From Bacteroidales bacterium (GTDB taxonomy: Bacteria > Bacteroidota > Bacteroidia > Bacteroidales > UBA932): a stretch of 64,000 nt of DNA. The translations under genes and the position numbers were made by a program. Every line of letters starts with the position of its first letter. Positions within the stretch are counted from its first letter, which is position 1. Location of the stretch: contig JAFRXO010000067.1 in NCBI GenBank assembly GCA_017443465.1, positions 9,467-73,466 of the forward strand, in the 5' to 3' direction. This document shows positions 9,848 to 20,255 of the stretch, one piece after another. The notes beneath the pieces were generated by a model. That model saw only the letters and a list, made by a program, of their open reading frames with translations, had not been told where the DNA came from and made no database searches.

Positions 9848-10450
9848 ATGGCAAGATACACTGGTCCAAGTTCCAAGATCGCCCGTAAATTCGGAGAGCC
9901 CATTTTCGGCCCCGACAAATATCTTGAAAAGAGGAACTATCCTCCGGGAGAGCACGGACTTGCATCGAAGCGCAAGAAGACCCGCGATTACGGAGTACAG
10001 CTCAAGGAAAAACAGAAGGTCAAGTACATGTACGGCCTGCTCGAAAGGCAGTTCCGCAACACCTATGACAAGGCTTCCCGCATGAGCGGACAGAAAGGTG
10101 AGAACCTCATTTTCCTCCTTGAGTCCAGGCTTGACAACATCGTTTACCGCATGGGTATCGCCCCGACAAGGGCAGCCGCCAGGCAGCTGGTCAACCACGC
10201 TCACATCACCCTCAATGGCAAGGTTTGCCATATCCCCTCCGCACAGGTAAAGCCCGGCGACACCGTGGCTGTAAGGGAGCGTTCCAAGAGTCTTGAGGTT
10301 ATCGCCGACAGCGTTGCAGCCGGAAAGAAAGTCTCCTGGATTGAGTTCGATCCCCAGACCCTCTGCGGCAAGTATCTGAACATCCCCGCAAGGACGGATA
10401 TTCCGGAGAACATCAACGAGCAGCTCATCGTCGACCTCTACTCCAAGTAA
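9848..10450 (+). CDS. rpsD: 30S ribosomal protein S4
   Basis: [13 protein letters not shown]...ARQLVNHAH. Confidence 0.99.
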   Translation: MARYTGPSSKIARKFGEPIFGPDKYLEKRNYPPGEHGLASKRKKTRDYGVQLKEKQKVKYMYGLLERQFRNTYDKASRMSGQKGENLIFLLESRLDNIVYRMGIAPTRAAARQLVNHAHITLNGKVCHIPSAQVKPGDTVAVRERSKSLEVIADSVAAGKKVSWIEFDPQTLCGKYLNIPARTDIPENINEQLIVDLYSK

Positions 10451-10474
10451 TAATCAATCCCAAAGAAGTTAAAT

Positions 10475-11482
10475 ATGGCAATCTTAGCATTTCAGAAGCC
10501 CGACAAGGTCATAATGCTCGAAGGCACGAATACCGTCGGCCGTTTCGAGTTCAGGCCGCTTGAGCCTGGATACGGACAGACCATCGGCAATTCCCTCCGC
10601 CGCATTCTGCTGGCCTCTCTGGAGGGTTTCGCTATCAGCCAGATCAAGATCGAGGGAGTGGACAATGAATTTGCCACTATCCCCGGCGTGATCGAAGGCA
10701 TGCAGGACATCATCCTGAACCTCAAGCAGGTCCGTTTCAAGAGGATGGTGGACTCTGTCGAGACTGAGACGGCGACCATCACTATCAGCGGCAAGCAGGA
10801 GTTTACCGCTGAGGATATCTCTAAGGGATTGTCTTCCTTCAAGGTTTTGAATCCGGAGCAGCACATTTGCTCACTTGAGCCTAATGTCAAGATCAACATG
10901 ACTCTGGTCATCACCAAGGGACGCGGATTCGTTCCGGCTGAGGAGATGCGCGACGAGAACACCCCGATAGGGACTATTCCGGTCGATGCTATCTACACCC
11001 CGATCCGCAAAGTCAACTGGACCGTAGAGAACTGGCGTGTCGAGCAGAAGACTGATTATGAGAAACTGACCCTCGAAGTGGTTACCGACGGTTCCATCAC
11101 CCCGTCTGCCGCCCTCCAGGATGCAGCCAACATTCTCATCTATCACTTCAAGCTGTTCACCGACGACAACAAGATCGCCCTCGAGACACCCGCTCAGACG
11201 GACTCCAAGGAGCTTGACGAAGAAAGTCTCCGCATGAGGCATCTCCTCATGACCAAGCTTTCAGACGTCGGTCTCTCCGTCAGGGCCTACAACTGCCTCA
11301 AGGCTGCCGACATCGACACGTTTGCCGACCTGGTATCCTACTCCAGGGCCGAGCTGATGAAGTTCCGCAATTTCGGTCGCAAGTCTCTCAATGAAATTGA
11401 CCTGCTCGTCGAGAAGATGAAGCTCTCATTCGGCATGGATGTGACCAAGTACAATATTGAAACCAAGAAAAAGAACGTATAA
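10475..11482 (+). CDS. rpoA: RNA polymerase alpha subunit
   Basis: [19 protein letters not shown]...[10 protein letters not shown]...NFGRKSL. Confidence 0.99.
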   Translation: MAILAFQKPDKVIMLEGTNTVGRFEFRPLEPGYGQTIGNSLRRILLASLEGFAISQIKIEGVDNEFATIPGVIEGMQDIILNLKQVRFKRMVDSVETETATITISGKQEFTAEDISKGLSSFKVLNPEQHICSLEPNVKINMTLVITKGRGFVPAEEMRDENTPIGTIPVDAIYTPIRKVNWTVENWRVEQKTDYEKLTLEVVTDGSITPSAALQDAANILIYHFKLFTDDNKIALETPAQTDSKELDEESLRMRHLLMTKLSDVGLSVRAYNCLKAADIDTFADLVSYSRAELMKFRNFGRKSLNEIDLLVEKMKLSFGMDVTKYNIETKKKNV

Positions 11483-11484
11483 AA

Positions 11485-11982
11485 ATGAGACACAATAAGT
11501 CATTTAATCATCTTGGCCGCCAGAGCGGACACCGTAAGGCAATGCTTGCCAACATGGCTGTTTCCCTCATCATGCACAAGAGAATCACGACGACCGTGGC
11601 TAAGGCCAAGGCGCTCAGGTCATATGTAGAGCCGGTCATGAGCAAGAGCAAGGAAGATTCCACCCATTCCCGCCGCGTTGTCTTCACCTATCTGAAGAAC
11701 AAATACGCAGTTGCCGAACTCTTCCGCACCGTGGCTCCCAAGATCGCTGACCGTCCGGGTGGATACACCCGCGTCCTCCACACCGGTTTCCGTCGCAGCG
11801 ACGGTTCCGAGATGGCCCTCATCGAGCTTGTGGACTTCAACGAGACCGCTATCGCAACGGCTCCCAAGGCTGAGAAGAAGGGCACCCGCCGCAGCCGCCG
11901 TTCCACCAAGAAGGAGACTGCTGCCGAGGCTCCCGCCGAGACCGCTCCTGCTGCAGAGGAAGCTCCTAAAGCAGAAGAATAA
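11485..11982 (+). CDS. rplQ: 50S ribosomal protein L17 with Ala/Glu-rich tail
   Basis: [12 protein letters not shown]...RPGGYTR. Confidence 0.99.
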   Translation: MRHNKSFNHLGRQSGHRKAMLANMAVSLIMHKRITTTVAKAKALRSYVEPVMSKSKEDSTHSRRVVFTYLKNKYAVAELFRTVAPKIADRPGGYTRVLHTGFRRSDGSEMALIELVDFNETAIATAPKAEKKGTRRSRRSTKKETAAEAPAETAPAAEEAPKAEE

Positions 11983-12000
11983 ACAGTTGACACAATAGAT

Positions 12001-12038
12001 GGCAAGGCCGGCAGGGTTTGTGCTCTGCCGGCCTTGCC
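12001..12038 (+). terminator. GC-rich hairpin ending the ribosomal operon
   Basis: ggcaaggccggcag / ctgccggccttgcc perfect 14-bp stem just after rplQ; no immediate U-tract. Confidence 0.7.
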
Positions 12039-12080
12039 ATTATAGTGAAAAAAGTTTATTTTTACACAAAACAACCAGAT

Positions 12081-14084
12081 ATGAAAAACTTCTTCCTCTC
12101 CATCGCAGCAGCCGCTGCTGTCATAATGCTTGGTGCATGCAACAACTCCGGCATCCCCAAGGGCTTCACAGAAGAGCCTGACGACCCCTCCCGGGACACT
12201 GTCCTCACTTTTGATTATGGGAAAATGGCCGCTCTGGGCCACCCTCGCCTGTTCATGACGGCAGATGATTTCAAAGACCTGAAAGCCAGGATCAAAAAAC
12301 ATCCGGACCAGAACAAGCTCCTTGTCGAAGGAAACAGGATAGTGCTTGCACAGGCCGAGAGGTATGTCGCCCTTGATGAATCTATCGAGTATAAACTTGA
12401 CGCATCCGGAAAGAGGCTCCTCTCTCAATCCAGAAAGGCGTTGCAGCGTATATTCCCAATGTCATATGCCTACAAAATGACTGGAGACAGGAGGTATTTC
12501 GACGCCGTGGTAAAGAACCTCAGGGAGATATGCGCCCTGAAGGACTGGCACCCCAGCCATTATCTTGACACCGGGGAAATGGCATTGGCTGCGGCAATTG
12601 CATATGACTGGCTTTATTACGACTTGCCCTTGGACCTGAGGGAGGCCGCCCATAAGGCAATGGCCGAATTCGGCCTGAAGACCAGTATCGGCAAGAGTTA
12701 CCATCGTGCAATGGGGAACTGGAACCAGGTCTGCAACTGCGGCACAGTTGCAGCCGCGCTCGCAGTCTATGAAAAAGACAAGGCGATAAGCACTGAAATC
12801 ATAGAGACTGCCGTGAAGACGAATATGACCGCGCAGACGGCCATATATGCCCCGGACGGAAACTATGCCGAAGGCTATGGATATTGGAGCTACGGTACCG
12901 GATTCGAGACCATGCTCCTGAAACTGCTGGATACCGCATTCGGAAGCACGGCAGGTCTTGCAGACACCGAAGGCTTCATGAAGACCGGCGAATATATGCT
13001 TTTCATGGCGACGCCTACCGGCGGGAATTTTTCATATGCTGACGGCGGCAGTTCCCTTATAAGAGTCAATGAGGATAATTCCAGGCCAAGGATAGCCGGC
13101 GGTATGCCCGCGATGTGGTGGTTTGCAGCCCAGACCGGTGACGAATCCCTTCTTGTAAATGAGATCCGCTATCTTAACGCCGGCCTTTACGACAAGAGCA
13201 ACAGCAGGACCATTACGACCATTCCTATCTTCATCCGTGAAACCGGATTCTCCGGAGAATCCGGCAAAGTTCCCTCCAAGTCTTTCTGGAGCGGTAACGG
13301 AAAGGTCCCCGTAGCGATGGTGCACACAGGATGGAAGTTCGATGACACCGATAAGTATGTCGGAATCAAGGGCGGAGCCCCCAATGGAGGGCACGGACAT
13401 ATGGACGCTGGGTCCTTCGTATATGAATCTAACGGAGTCCGCTGGTCGGACGACCTCACTAGGCCGGATTATGCCCAGATGGAAAACGCCACATGGGCTG
13501 CCGGCGGGGATTTCTGGGACAACACCCAGAAGGGCCTTCGCTGGGACATCTTCAGGATGAACAACTTCGGCCACAGCACATTGTCTTTCATGAACAACGA
13601 CAAGAGCGTCAAGAACAAGATCCATGTTTCCGACCAGATCGTCTCCGGGAAAGCCTTGATTGAGGAAACATATGACAGCGCCGAAGGCTATGGTGCAAAA
13701 CTCGATATCACGGCTCCATATGCCGATGCTGTCGCTTCAGCCCACAGGACGATAAAGCTTGTAGGCGACCAGCTCTTCGTAATAGACGAAATAACCGCGA
13801 AACCGAGGATGGCTGCACAGATGCAGTGGAGGATGCTTACTCCTTCCGCTGTTGAGGTAAAGGCTGACGGCGAAGTGCTTACCCAGAAAGGCAAAACCCT
13901 GAACCTCAGTGCCGAGAGCTCCGACAAGAATGTAAAGGTGAAATATACGTCCTGGGAGCCGGTACGTCCGGCTGACTGGCCGAAACGCGACTGGGATCCC
14001 GAGAACCCCGGATACACCGTTGCCGGTTACACAGCAACCGTCCCCGCGGGCAAGACAGTGGTATTTACAACAGTGTTGAAATAG
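12081..14084 (+). CDS. Heparinase II/III-family polysaccharide lyase lipoprotein (PL35-like), paralog 1
   Basis: Lipobox LGAC; HPRLF, WHPSHYLDTGEM, NWNQVCN, EGYGYW, HGHMD motifs; start at ATG 12081. Confidence 0.85.
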   Translation: MKNFFLSIAAAAAVIMLGACNNSGIPKGFTEEPDDPSRDTVLTFDYGKMAALGHPRLFMTADDFKDLKARIKKHPDQNKLLVEGNRIVLAQAERYVALDESIEYKLDASGKRLLSQSRKALQRIFPMSYAYKMTGDRRYFDAVVKNLREICALKDWHPSHYLDTGEMALAAAIAYDWLYYDLPLDLREAAHKAMAEFGLKTSIGKSYHRAMGNWNQVCNCGTVAAALAVYEKDKAISTEIIETAVKTNMTAQTAIYAPDGNYAEGYGYWSYGTGFETMLLKLLDTAFGSTAGLADTEGFMKTGEYMLFMATPTGGNFSYADGGSSLIRVNEDNSRPRIAGGMPAMWWFAAQTGDESLLVNEIRYLNAGLYDKSNSRTITTIPIFIRETGFSGESGKVPSKSFWSGNGKVPVAMVHTGWKFDDTDKYVGIKGGAPNGGHGHMDAGSFVYESNGVRWSDDLTRPDYAQMENATWAAGGDFWDNTQKGLRWDIFRMNNFGHSTLSFMNNDKSVKNKIHVSDQIVSGKALIEETYDSAEGYGAKLDITAPYADAVASAHRTIKLVGDQLFVIDEITAKPRMAAQMQWRMLTPSAVEVKADGEVLTQKGKTLNLSAESSDKNVKVKYTSWEPVRPADWPKRDWDPENPGYTVAGYTATVPAGKTVVFTTVLK

Positions 14085-14087
14085 GAC

Positions 14088-14942
14088 ATGAAACTCATTG
14101 CCGACAGCGGGGCCACCACTACTGATTGGGCTGCGATTGACACTTCGGGAGAAGTAATCCGCTTCACCGGGGCCGGTTACAATCCGTATTATATCTCCGA
14201 GAAGGAAATAGGCGAGGACATCGCCGCCCATTTCCCCAAAGAGGTGGATCCGCTGGAAGTAACTGAGGTTGAATTCTATGGGGCCGGAGTCCGTCCTGCG
14301 CTCCAGGCCGGAATGAATGCCGCGCTCAAAGCGGCTTTCCCGAATGCCCGGGTCGATTCCCAGTCAGACACTCTCGGAGCCGCCAGGGCCCTCCTGGGTC
14401 GGGAAAAAGGCTTTGCCTCAATCCTCGGTACAGGAATGAACTCATGCATATGCGAAGGCGGTTTTATCGTCAGCAACATTATGTCCCTCGGCTACGCCCT
14501 CGGGGATGAGGGCAGCGGGGCATATATGGGCAAGCGCCTGGTGCGGGACTATCTTCGCGGCCAGATGCCGCCTGAGGCTCTCGCCCTGACCCGCGAAGCC
14601 ATTGTCCTGGAACCGGACGCGATCCTCTCCAGGATTTACAAGGAAGCCTTTCCAAACCGCTGGTGCGCAGGCTTCACCAAACTTATCGCCGGCCACCTGG
14701 ATATCCCTTATTTCAAACAACTTGTGGAGAGTTCTTTCCGTGACCTTTTCGAGAATGTGGTGACCCATTATCCCGATTACAGGTCATATGAATTCAATTG
14801 CTGCGGCTCTGTAGGATTCGTTTTCCGGGACATCCTCTCCAAGACCTGCGCCGGCTATGGAATGAAGCCCGGAACCTTCCTCAAGGAACCGTTGGACGGG
14901 CTCGTAGCCCAGACTCTGAAATACATGGATCAAAGAAACTGA
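14088..14942 (+). CDS. BadF/BadG-type ATPase, N-acetylglucosamine kinase-like
   Basis: LIADSGATTTDW, ILGTG.NS, LGDEGSG (ASKHA fold). Confidence 0.8.
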   Translation: MKLIADSGATTTDWAAIDTSGEVIRFTGAGYNPYYISEKEIGEDIAAHFPKEVDPLEVTEVEFYGAGVRPALQAGMNAALKAAFPNARVDSQSDTLGAARALLGREKGFASILGTGMNSCICEGGFIVSNIMSLGYALGDEGSGAYMGKRLVRDYLRGQMPPEALALTREAIVLEPDAILSRIYKEAFPNRWCAGFTKLIAGHLDIPYFKQLVESSFRDLFENVVTHYPDYRSYEFNCCGSVGFVFRDILSKTCAGYGMKPGTFLKEPLDGLVAQTLKYMDQRN

Positions 14943-14943
14943 C

Positions 14944-15990
14944 ATGGTACCTCATAAACTCGTCTCCAAGGCCCGTTTCGATTTCGAGGCCGGAGGCAGC
15001 CTGGAAGGCATAGACATAGTTTACCATACTTCTCCCGTCCAGTACGGCGAGATGGACGACGGTACCGGTCATGATCCGCGGAAGGTAGTCTGGATCTGCC
15101 ATGCCTTGACCGCCGATTCCGACGTTGAAGACTGGTGGCCTGAACTCACTGGCCCCGGCAAACTCTTCGACACCGACAGGTATTTCGTCATATGCGTTAA
15201 TATGATCGGATCCTGCTATGGATCCTCAGGGCCCGCCAGCATTAACCATAAGACCGGAAAGCCATATTATTTCGATTTCCCGAAAATCACCGTCAGGGAC
15301 ATAGTCCGCGGTCTGAACATGGTCAGGGAGAGCCTCGGGATAGAGCATATCGACCTTCTGATCGGGGCCAGCATCGGAGGATTCCAAGCCCTGGAGATGT
15401 CCATAATGTACCCTGACGTGGTGCGTAAGGCCGTCTTCATGGCAACACTCCCCAGGGTAACCCCATGGCTGACCGCATTCGAGGAATCACAGCGCATGGC
15501 CCTTGAGGCCGACCCGTCCTTCCGTGCCTGTGAGAGCCTCCAAGGTGGAAGGAAAGGTCTGGAGTGTGCCAGGTCCATAGCCCTCATCTCCTATAGATGC
15601 GATGACGGCTACAACAGGAAACAATACGAACTCGACGAGGATACCATTTTTCCGGGACGCGCATGTTCATATCAGCGTTACCAGGGAGAAAAACTGGCTC
15701 GTCGCTTCGATGCCTACTCCTACTGGTATCTCTCTTACTCAATTGACAGCCAGAACGTAGGCCGCGGCCGCGGAGGAATATGGAAGGCCCTGGGAATGAT
15801 CCGCGCCGACTCCATCGTGGTGGCTATAGACAGCGACATCATTTTCCCGGCAAAAGAGATGAAAGAAATGGCGGACGCCATTCCTGGCGCCCGCTATAAG
15901 GAATTCCGTTCGCATTTCGGTCATGATGGCTTCCTGATCGAATCCGAGGCCGTAACCGACATAGTCGGACCCATCCTCGAAGCCATGTAG
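14944..15990 (+). CDS. metX: Homoserine O-acetyltransferase
   Basis: CHALTADS, GSCYGSSGP, GASIGG nucleophile, FGHDGFL. Confidence 0.9.
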   Translation: MVPHKLVSKARFDFEAGGSLEGIDIVYHTSPVQYGEMDDGTGHDPRKVVWICHALTADSDVEDWWPELTGPGKLFDTDRYFVICVNMIGSCYGSSGPASINHKTGKPYYFDFPKITVRDIVRGLNMVRESLGIEHIDLLIGASIGGFQALEMSIMYPDVVRKAVFMATLPRVTPWLTAFEESQRMALEADPSFRACESLQGGRKGLECARSIALISYRCDDGYNRKQYELDEDTIFPGRACSYQRYQGEKLARRFDAYSYWYLSYSIDSQNVGRGRGGIWKALGMIRADSIVVAIDSDIIFPAKEMKEMADAIPGARYKEFRSHFGHDGFLIESEAVTDIVGPILEAM

Positions 15991-16001
15991 GTACCTGAAG
16001 G

Positions 16002-17960
16002 CTACTCGAGGGTAGTAGTGAAGGTCACGGTCTTTCCGGCAGGCACAGTCGCGGTGAATCCTGCAATCATGTAATCCGTGTTCTCTGGCTCATAATCGCG
16101 TTTGATCCAATCCGCGGGGCGTGTCGCATCCCATGTCGCATAGGTTAACCTTACATTCTTGTCGGAGCTCACTGTGCTGAGCTTCAAGTTCTTTCCCTTC
16201 TGGGTCAGGACCTCTCCGTCCGGATTGACAGTCACTGCATTCTGCCCGATCATCCTCCATTGGAATTTAGCCGGCATATTCTTTTTCGCGGTAATCTCGT
16301 CGCTGACTACCAGCTTGCCTCCGATTACCTTGAAAGTCCTGTTCGCAGATTCGACCGCGTCGGCATATGCGGGAGTTACGTCCAGGGTAGCCCCGTAGCC
16401 GTCAGGACTGTTATAAACCTGTTTGAACTGGGTCTTCCCGCTGACGATCTGGTCCGTGACATGCCTCTTGTCCTTTATGCTCTTATCTGAGTTGAGGAAT
16501 GCCAGGGTGCTGTGCCCGATATTGTTCATCCTGAAGAGGTCCCAGCGCAGGCCGTCCTGCGCGTTGTTCCAGAATCCGGAATTCCCGAGAGCATTCTCCA
16601 TTGTAGCATAATCGGGCCTGAAGAGGTCGTCAGACCAGCGGACTCCCTTGGATTCAAAGACGAATGAACCAGCATCCATATGTCCGTGGCCGCCGTTTGG
16701 CGCTCCGCCCTTGATTCCAAGATAGACATCGCTGTCGTCGAACTTCCAGCCAGTGTGCACTATGGTGACGGGGACTTTCCCATTGCCGCTCCAGACATAT
16801 GAAGAAGGCACTGCATCGGTTTCTCCCTTGAGCTCGAAGTCTTTCATGAAGACTGGTACAGCCGCAGCCAGGCGGTCTTTCGTCGAGGCATACATGCCGT
16901 TTTTCAGGTTGCGGATTTCGTTGACCAGGAGTGATTCGTCACCGGTCTCTCCGGCAAACCACCACATTGCGGGGAGGACTCTCTGTACCAGAGTCCCGCC
17001 GTCTGCATATGAGAACGATCCTCCGGAAGGAGCGGCCATGAACAGGATGTATCCTGCCGTCTTCATGAATCCTTCCACTTCGGTCAGTCCTGCTGTGCTC
17101 CCGAACGCTGTCTGCAGAAGCTTCATCAGGATGCTCTGGAAACCGGTCCCATAGTGCCAGTATCCATAGCCCTCGGCATAGTTCCCGTCCGGGGAATAGA
17201 TGCCCTGCATGGCCTTTTTGTTGCTTGCAACGGCGTCCTCGATTATATCGACACTTATGGCCTTGTCCTTCTCATATACCGCAAGCGCGGCTGCGATCAT
17301 GCCGGCGTTGCAGACCTGGTTCCAGTTGCCGACCGCGCGGTGATAGCTCTGCCCGACGCTCGTTTTCATGCCATATTCCACCAGGCATTTGTGGATCATC
17401 TCCCTAAGGTCCAGCGGAAGGTCGTAGTACAGCCAGTCATATGCTATAGCCACGGCGAGGGACATTTCCGCAGTGTCCAGGTAGTGGCTCGGGTGCCAGT
17501 CCTGGAATGCACACACGTCGCGCAGGTCCTTTATTGCTGCATCAAGGTATTTCTGCTCTCCGGTCATCTTGTAAGCATATGCAAGGGTGAAGAGCCTCTT
17601 CAGGGCCTTGCGGGACTGTGAGAGGAGACGCTTGCCTGCGGCATCGAGCTTATATTCAATTACTTCTCCGTTGGTGACATACTCATCGGCAAGGGCTATT
17701 ACCATGTCGTTTGCCTCAGAGAGGAGTTTGTGTTCCGCAGCCTTGCGGCCGACTTTCACCTTGAGATCCTTGAAGTCATCCGCAGTCATGAGGACCCTCG
17801 GGTGGCCCAGGGCGGCCATCTGTCCGTAGTCGAAAGTCTTCACCACATCCGGGGACTGGTCGTCAGGTTCTTCTACAAAACCCTTCGGCACACCGGAGTT
17901 GCAGGAAAGCAGCGCGAAGAGCGCCGTGGCGGTGGCAATGGAGAGAAGTATTTGTTTCAT
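16002..17960 (-). CDS. Heparinase II/III-family lyase lipoprotein (PL35-like), paralog 2
   Basis: Lipobox LLSC; same motifs as paralog 1. Confidence 0.85.
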   Translation of the reverse strand: MKQILLSIATATALFALLSCNSGVPKGFVEEPDDQSPDVVKTFDYGQMAALGHPRVLMTADDFKDLKVKVGRKAAEHKLLSEANDMVIALADEYVTNGEVIEYKLDAAGKRLLSQSRKALKRLFTLAYAYKMTGEQKYLDAAIKDLRDVCAFQDWHPSHYLDTAEMSLAVAIAYDWLYYDLPLDLREMIHKCLVEYGMKTSVGQSYHRAVGNWNQVCNAGMIAAALAVYEKDKAISVDIIEDAVASNKKAMQGIYSPDGNYAEGYGYWHYGTGFQSILMKLLQTAFGSTAGLTEVEGFMKTAGYILFMAAPSGGSFSYADGGTLVQRVLPAMWWFAGETGDESLLVNEIRNLKNGMYASTKDRLAAAVPVFMKDFELKGETDAVPSSYVWSGNGKVPVTIVHTGWKFDDSDVYLGIKGGAPNGGHGHMDAGSFVFESKGVRWSDDLFRPDYATMENALGNSGFWNNAQDGLRWDLFRMNNIGHSTLAFLNSDKSIKDKRHVTDQIVSGKTQFKQVYNSPDGYGATLDVTPAYADAVESANRTFKVIGGKLVVSDEITAKKNMPAKFQWRMIGQNAVTVNPDGEVLTQKGKNLKLSTVSSDKNVRLTYATWDATRPADWIKRDYEPENTDYMIAGFTATVPAGKTVTFTTTLE

Positions 17961-17971
17961 ATGATGTTATG

Positions 17972-18004
17972 TTTTTGTAAATATAGCCTTTTTTCCTATA
18001 TTTA
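17972..18004. promoter_or_regulatory. Back-to-back divergent promoter (TATATTTA on both strands)
   Basis: TAAATATAG (17978-86) / CTATATTTA (17996-18004) inverted repeat around a T-tract. Confidence 0.55.
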
Positions 18005-18023
18005 AGCGTAAATACCACATATC

Positions 18024-19982
18024 ATGAAAAAAACCCTGTTTTTCTTATTGTCTATTGCTGCAGCCGCTTTCATAATGAATTCCTGCGGCGGCAAAGCTAT
18101 CCAGGAAGAGCCCGATGATCCCGCAGCCGACATTGTCGGGACATTTGATTATGGGAAAATGGCTGAGCTGGGCCATCCCAGGCTCATGATGACCGCCCAG
18201 GACTTCAAGGACCTGAAGGTCAGACTTACAAAGAAGGCCAAGGACAATCCCGTCCTGGTCGAGGCCCATGAAATGGTAATGGGCCTGGCTGACCAGTATC
18301 TCGCCAATGAAGAGGTAGTAGAATACAAGCTCGACGCTTCCGGAAAGAGGCTCCTGGGCCCGGCGCGTGTCGCCCTCAGGCGCATCTTCGCGTTTGCATA
18401 TGCTTACAAGTTGACAGGGGACAAGAAGTATCTGGAGGCTGCGAGGGCTAATCTCGCACAGATATGCTCCTTCCCGGACTGGCATCCGAGCCATTATCTC
18501 GACACTGGCGAAATGACCCTCGCTGCAGCCATTGCATATGACTGGCTCTACGATGAGCTCACGCTTGAGGAAAGGGCCCTTGCTCACAAGTGCATGGTGG
18601 AATTCGGTATCAAGACCAGCGTCAACCAGGGTTATCTCCGCACCATCGGAAACTGGAACCAGGTCTGCAACGCCGGCATTTCTTCCGCTGCCATCGTCCT
18701 CTACGAAAAGGACAGGCAGATCTGCGCCGATGCCATAGAAAGGGCCGTGGAGTCCAACAGGAGGTCTATGAAAGGCATATATGCCCCGGACGGCAACTAT
18801 GCCGAGGGCTATGTCTACTGGGGTTACGGGACCGGTTTCCAGACCCTGTTCCTGAAGATGCTGGACACGGCATTCGGGGATGACGCAGGGCTCTCCCAGA
18901 CCGAGGGCTATCTCAAGTCCGGCGAGTATATGCTGTTCATGGCATCTCCGAATGGGGGAGACTTCTCATATGCCGACGGAGGCACTCCGACCGAGACAAT
19001 CAACGTAGGCATGTGGTGGTTCGCCGCAAAGCAGAAAGACGAGACATATGCCATCAATGAGCTCAGGCTTATGAGGGCCGGGAAATATACCCTTCAGGAG
19101 GGCATCCGCATGGCTCCGGCCGTGCCCTGCTTCATCAGGGACTGTGGTTTCAAGGGCGAAGGCAAGGTGCGTCCCGCCAAGGACATATGGTATGGCCAGG
19201 GACACGTCCCCGTAGCCATTGTGCACACCGGCTGGGATTTCGATGCCAATGACGTTTACCTCGGAATCAAGGGCGGTGCTGCGAACGGCGGCCACGGACA
19301 TATGGATTCCGGTTCATTCGTATTCGAGGCCGAAGGGGTTCGCTGGTCCGAGGACCTCCAGCGTCCGAATTATTCCACGATGGAGAATGCCGTGGGTAAT
19401 GGTGAGTTCTGGGGCGGCACCCAGACTGCCCGCCGCTGGGACATCATGAGGATGAACAACCTGGGCCACAGCACCCTGACCTTCCTCAATCCGGACGGCA
19501 GCATAAGCAAGACCCATCCTACGGACCATAATGTCCGCGGTGCGGCCAAAATGGTGGAAACATATGACAGCAAGGAGTGTATGGGCGCCAAGCTCGACAT
19601 GACAGATGCCGTTTCGGACCAGGTGGCTTCCGCTATAAGGACCATCCAGTTGATCGACGGGAAGACCCTCAAGATCACCGATGAAATCACTGCCAAGCCC
19701 CGCAAGGATGCCAAGATGCAGTGGAGGATGCTTACCACGGCCAAGGTTGAGGCCAAGGCCGACGGAGAGGTCCTGAGCCTGAATGGCAAGACCAGGACCC
19801 TGAAGACCGCTTCTTCCGATCCGAGGGTCAAGCCGGCCTATGAAGTCTTCTCCATGAAGCGTCCATCCAATTGGGTTCCGCTTCCGGAAGAACCTGATGA
19901 TTCGAAATACGATGTGGCCGGTTTCTCGGCTACCATCCCGGCCGGAAAGACCGTTACATTCACGACTGTACTTTCACAGTAA
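18024..19982 (+). CDS. Heparinase II/III-family lyase lipoprotein (PL35-like), paralog 3
   Basis: Lipobox MNSC; WHPSHYLDTGEM, NWNQVCN, EGYVYW, HGHMD. Confidence 0.85.
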   Translation: MKKTLFFLLSIAAAAFIMNSCGGKAIQEEPDDPAADIVGTFDYGKMAELGHPRLMMTAQDFKDLKVRLTKKAKDNPVLVEAHEMVMGLADQYLANEEVVEYKLDASGKRLLGPARVALRRIFAFAYAYKLTGDKKYLEAARANLAQICSFPDWHPSHYLDTGEMTLAAAIAYDWLYDELTLEERALAHKCMVEFGIKTSVNQGYLRTIGNWNQVCNAGISSAAIVLYEKDRQICADAIERAVESNRRSMKGIYAPDGNYAEGYVYWGYGTGFQTLFLKMLDTAFGDDAGLSQTEGYLKSGEYMLFMASPNGGDFSYADGGTPTETINVGMWWFAAKQKDETYAINELRLMRAGKYTLQEGIRMAPAVPCFIRDCGFKGEGKVRPAKDIWYGQGHVPVAIVHTGWDFDANDVYLGIKGGAANGGHGHMDSGSFVFEAEGVRWSEDLQRPNYSTMENAVGNGEFWGGTQTARRWDIMRMNNLGHSTLTFLNPDGSISKTHPTDHNVRGAAKMVETYDSKECMGAKLDMTDAVSDQVASAIRTIQLIDGKTLKITDEITAKPRKDAKMQWRMLTTAKVEAKADGEVLSLNGKTRTLKTASSDPRVKPAYEVFSMKRPSNWVPLPEEPDDSKYDVAGFSATIPAGKTVTFTTVLSQ

Positions 19983-20006
19983 CAATAACCAATTAAAACC
20001 AAAACC

Positions 20007-20255
20007 ATGAACATTATCCTTACATTGCTCTTCGGAGCCTGTGCAGGCTGGCTTGCCGGTTTCTTCGTAGTCAAAGACAAGGGCGGTCTCCTGTGGAACA
20101 TCATCATCGGCCTTCTCGGCGGCGTTGTCGGCGGATGGCTTCTGGGCCTTCTCGGTGCAGACGGATCCTTCTGGTCACAGTGGTACGGCCAGATCATCAG
20201 CGCCGTAATCGGTGCTGTGATCTTGCTGTGGATCTGGAATAAGATCAAGAAATAA
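20007..20255 (+). CDS. GlsB/YeaQ/YmgE (transglycosylase-associated) membrane protein
   Basis: 82 aa, hydrophobic, GLLWNIIIGLLGGVVGGWL. Confidence 0.85.
   Translation: MNIILTLLFGACAGWLAGFFVVKDKGGLLWNIIIGLLGGVVGGWLLGLLGADGSFWSQWYGQIISAVIGAVILLWIWNKIKK

Noticed and set aside
11860-11982. Ala/Glu/Pro-rich low-complexity tail of L17
   Set aside because: Common in Bacteroidetes L17; not a separate repeat element
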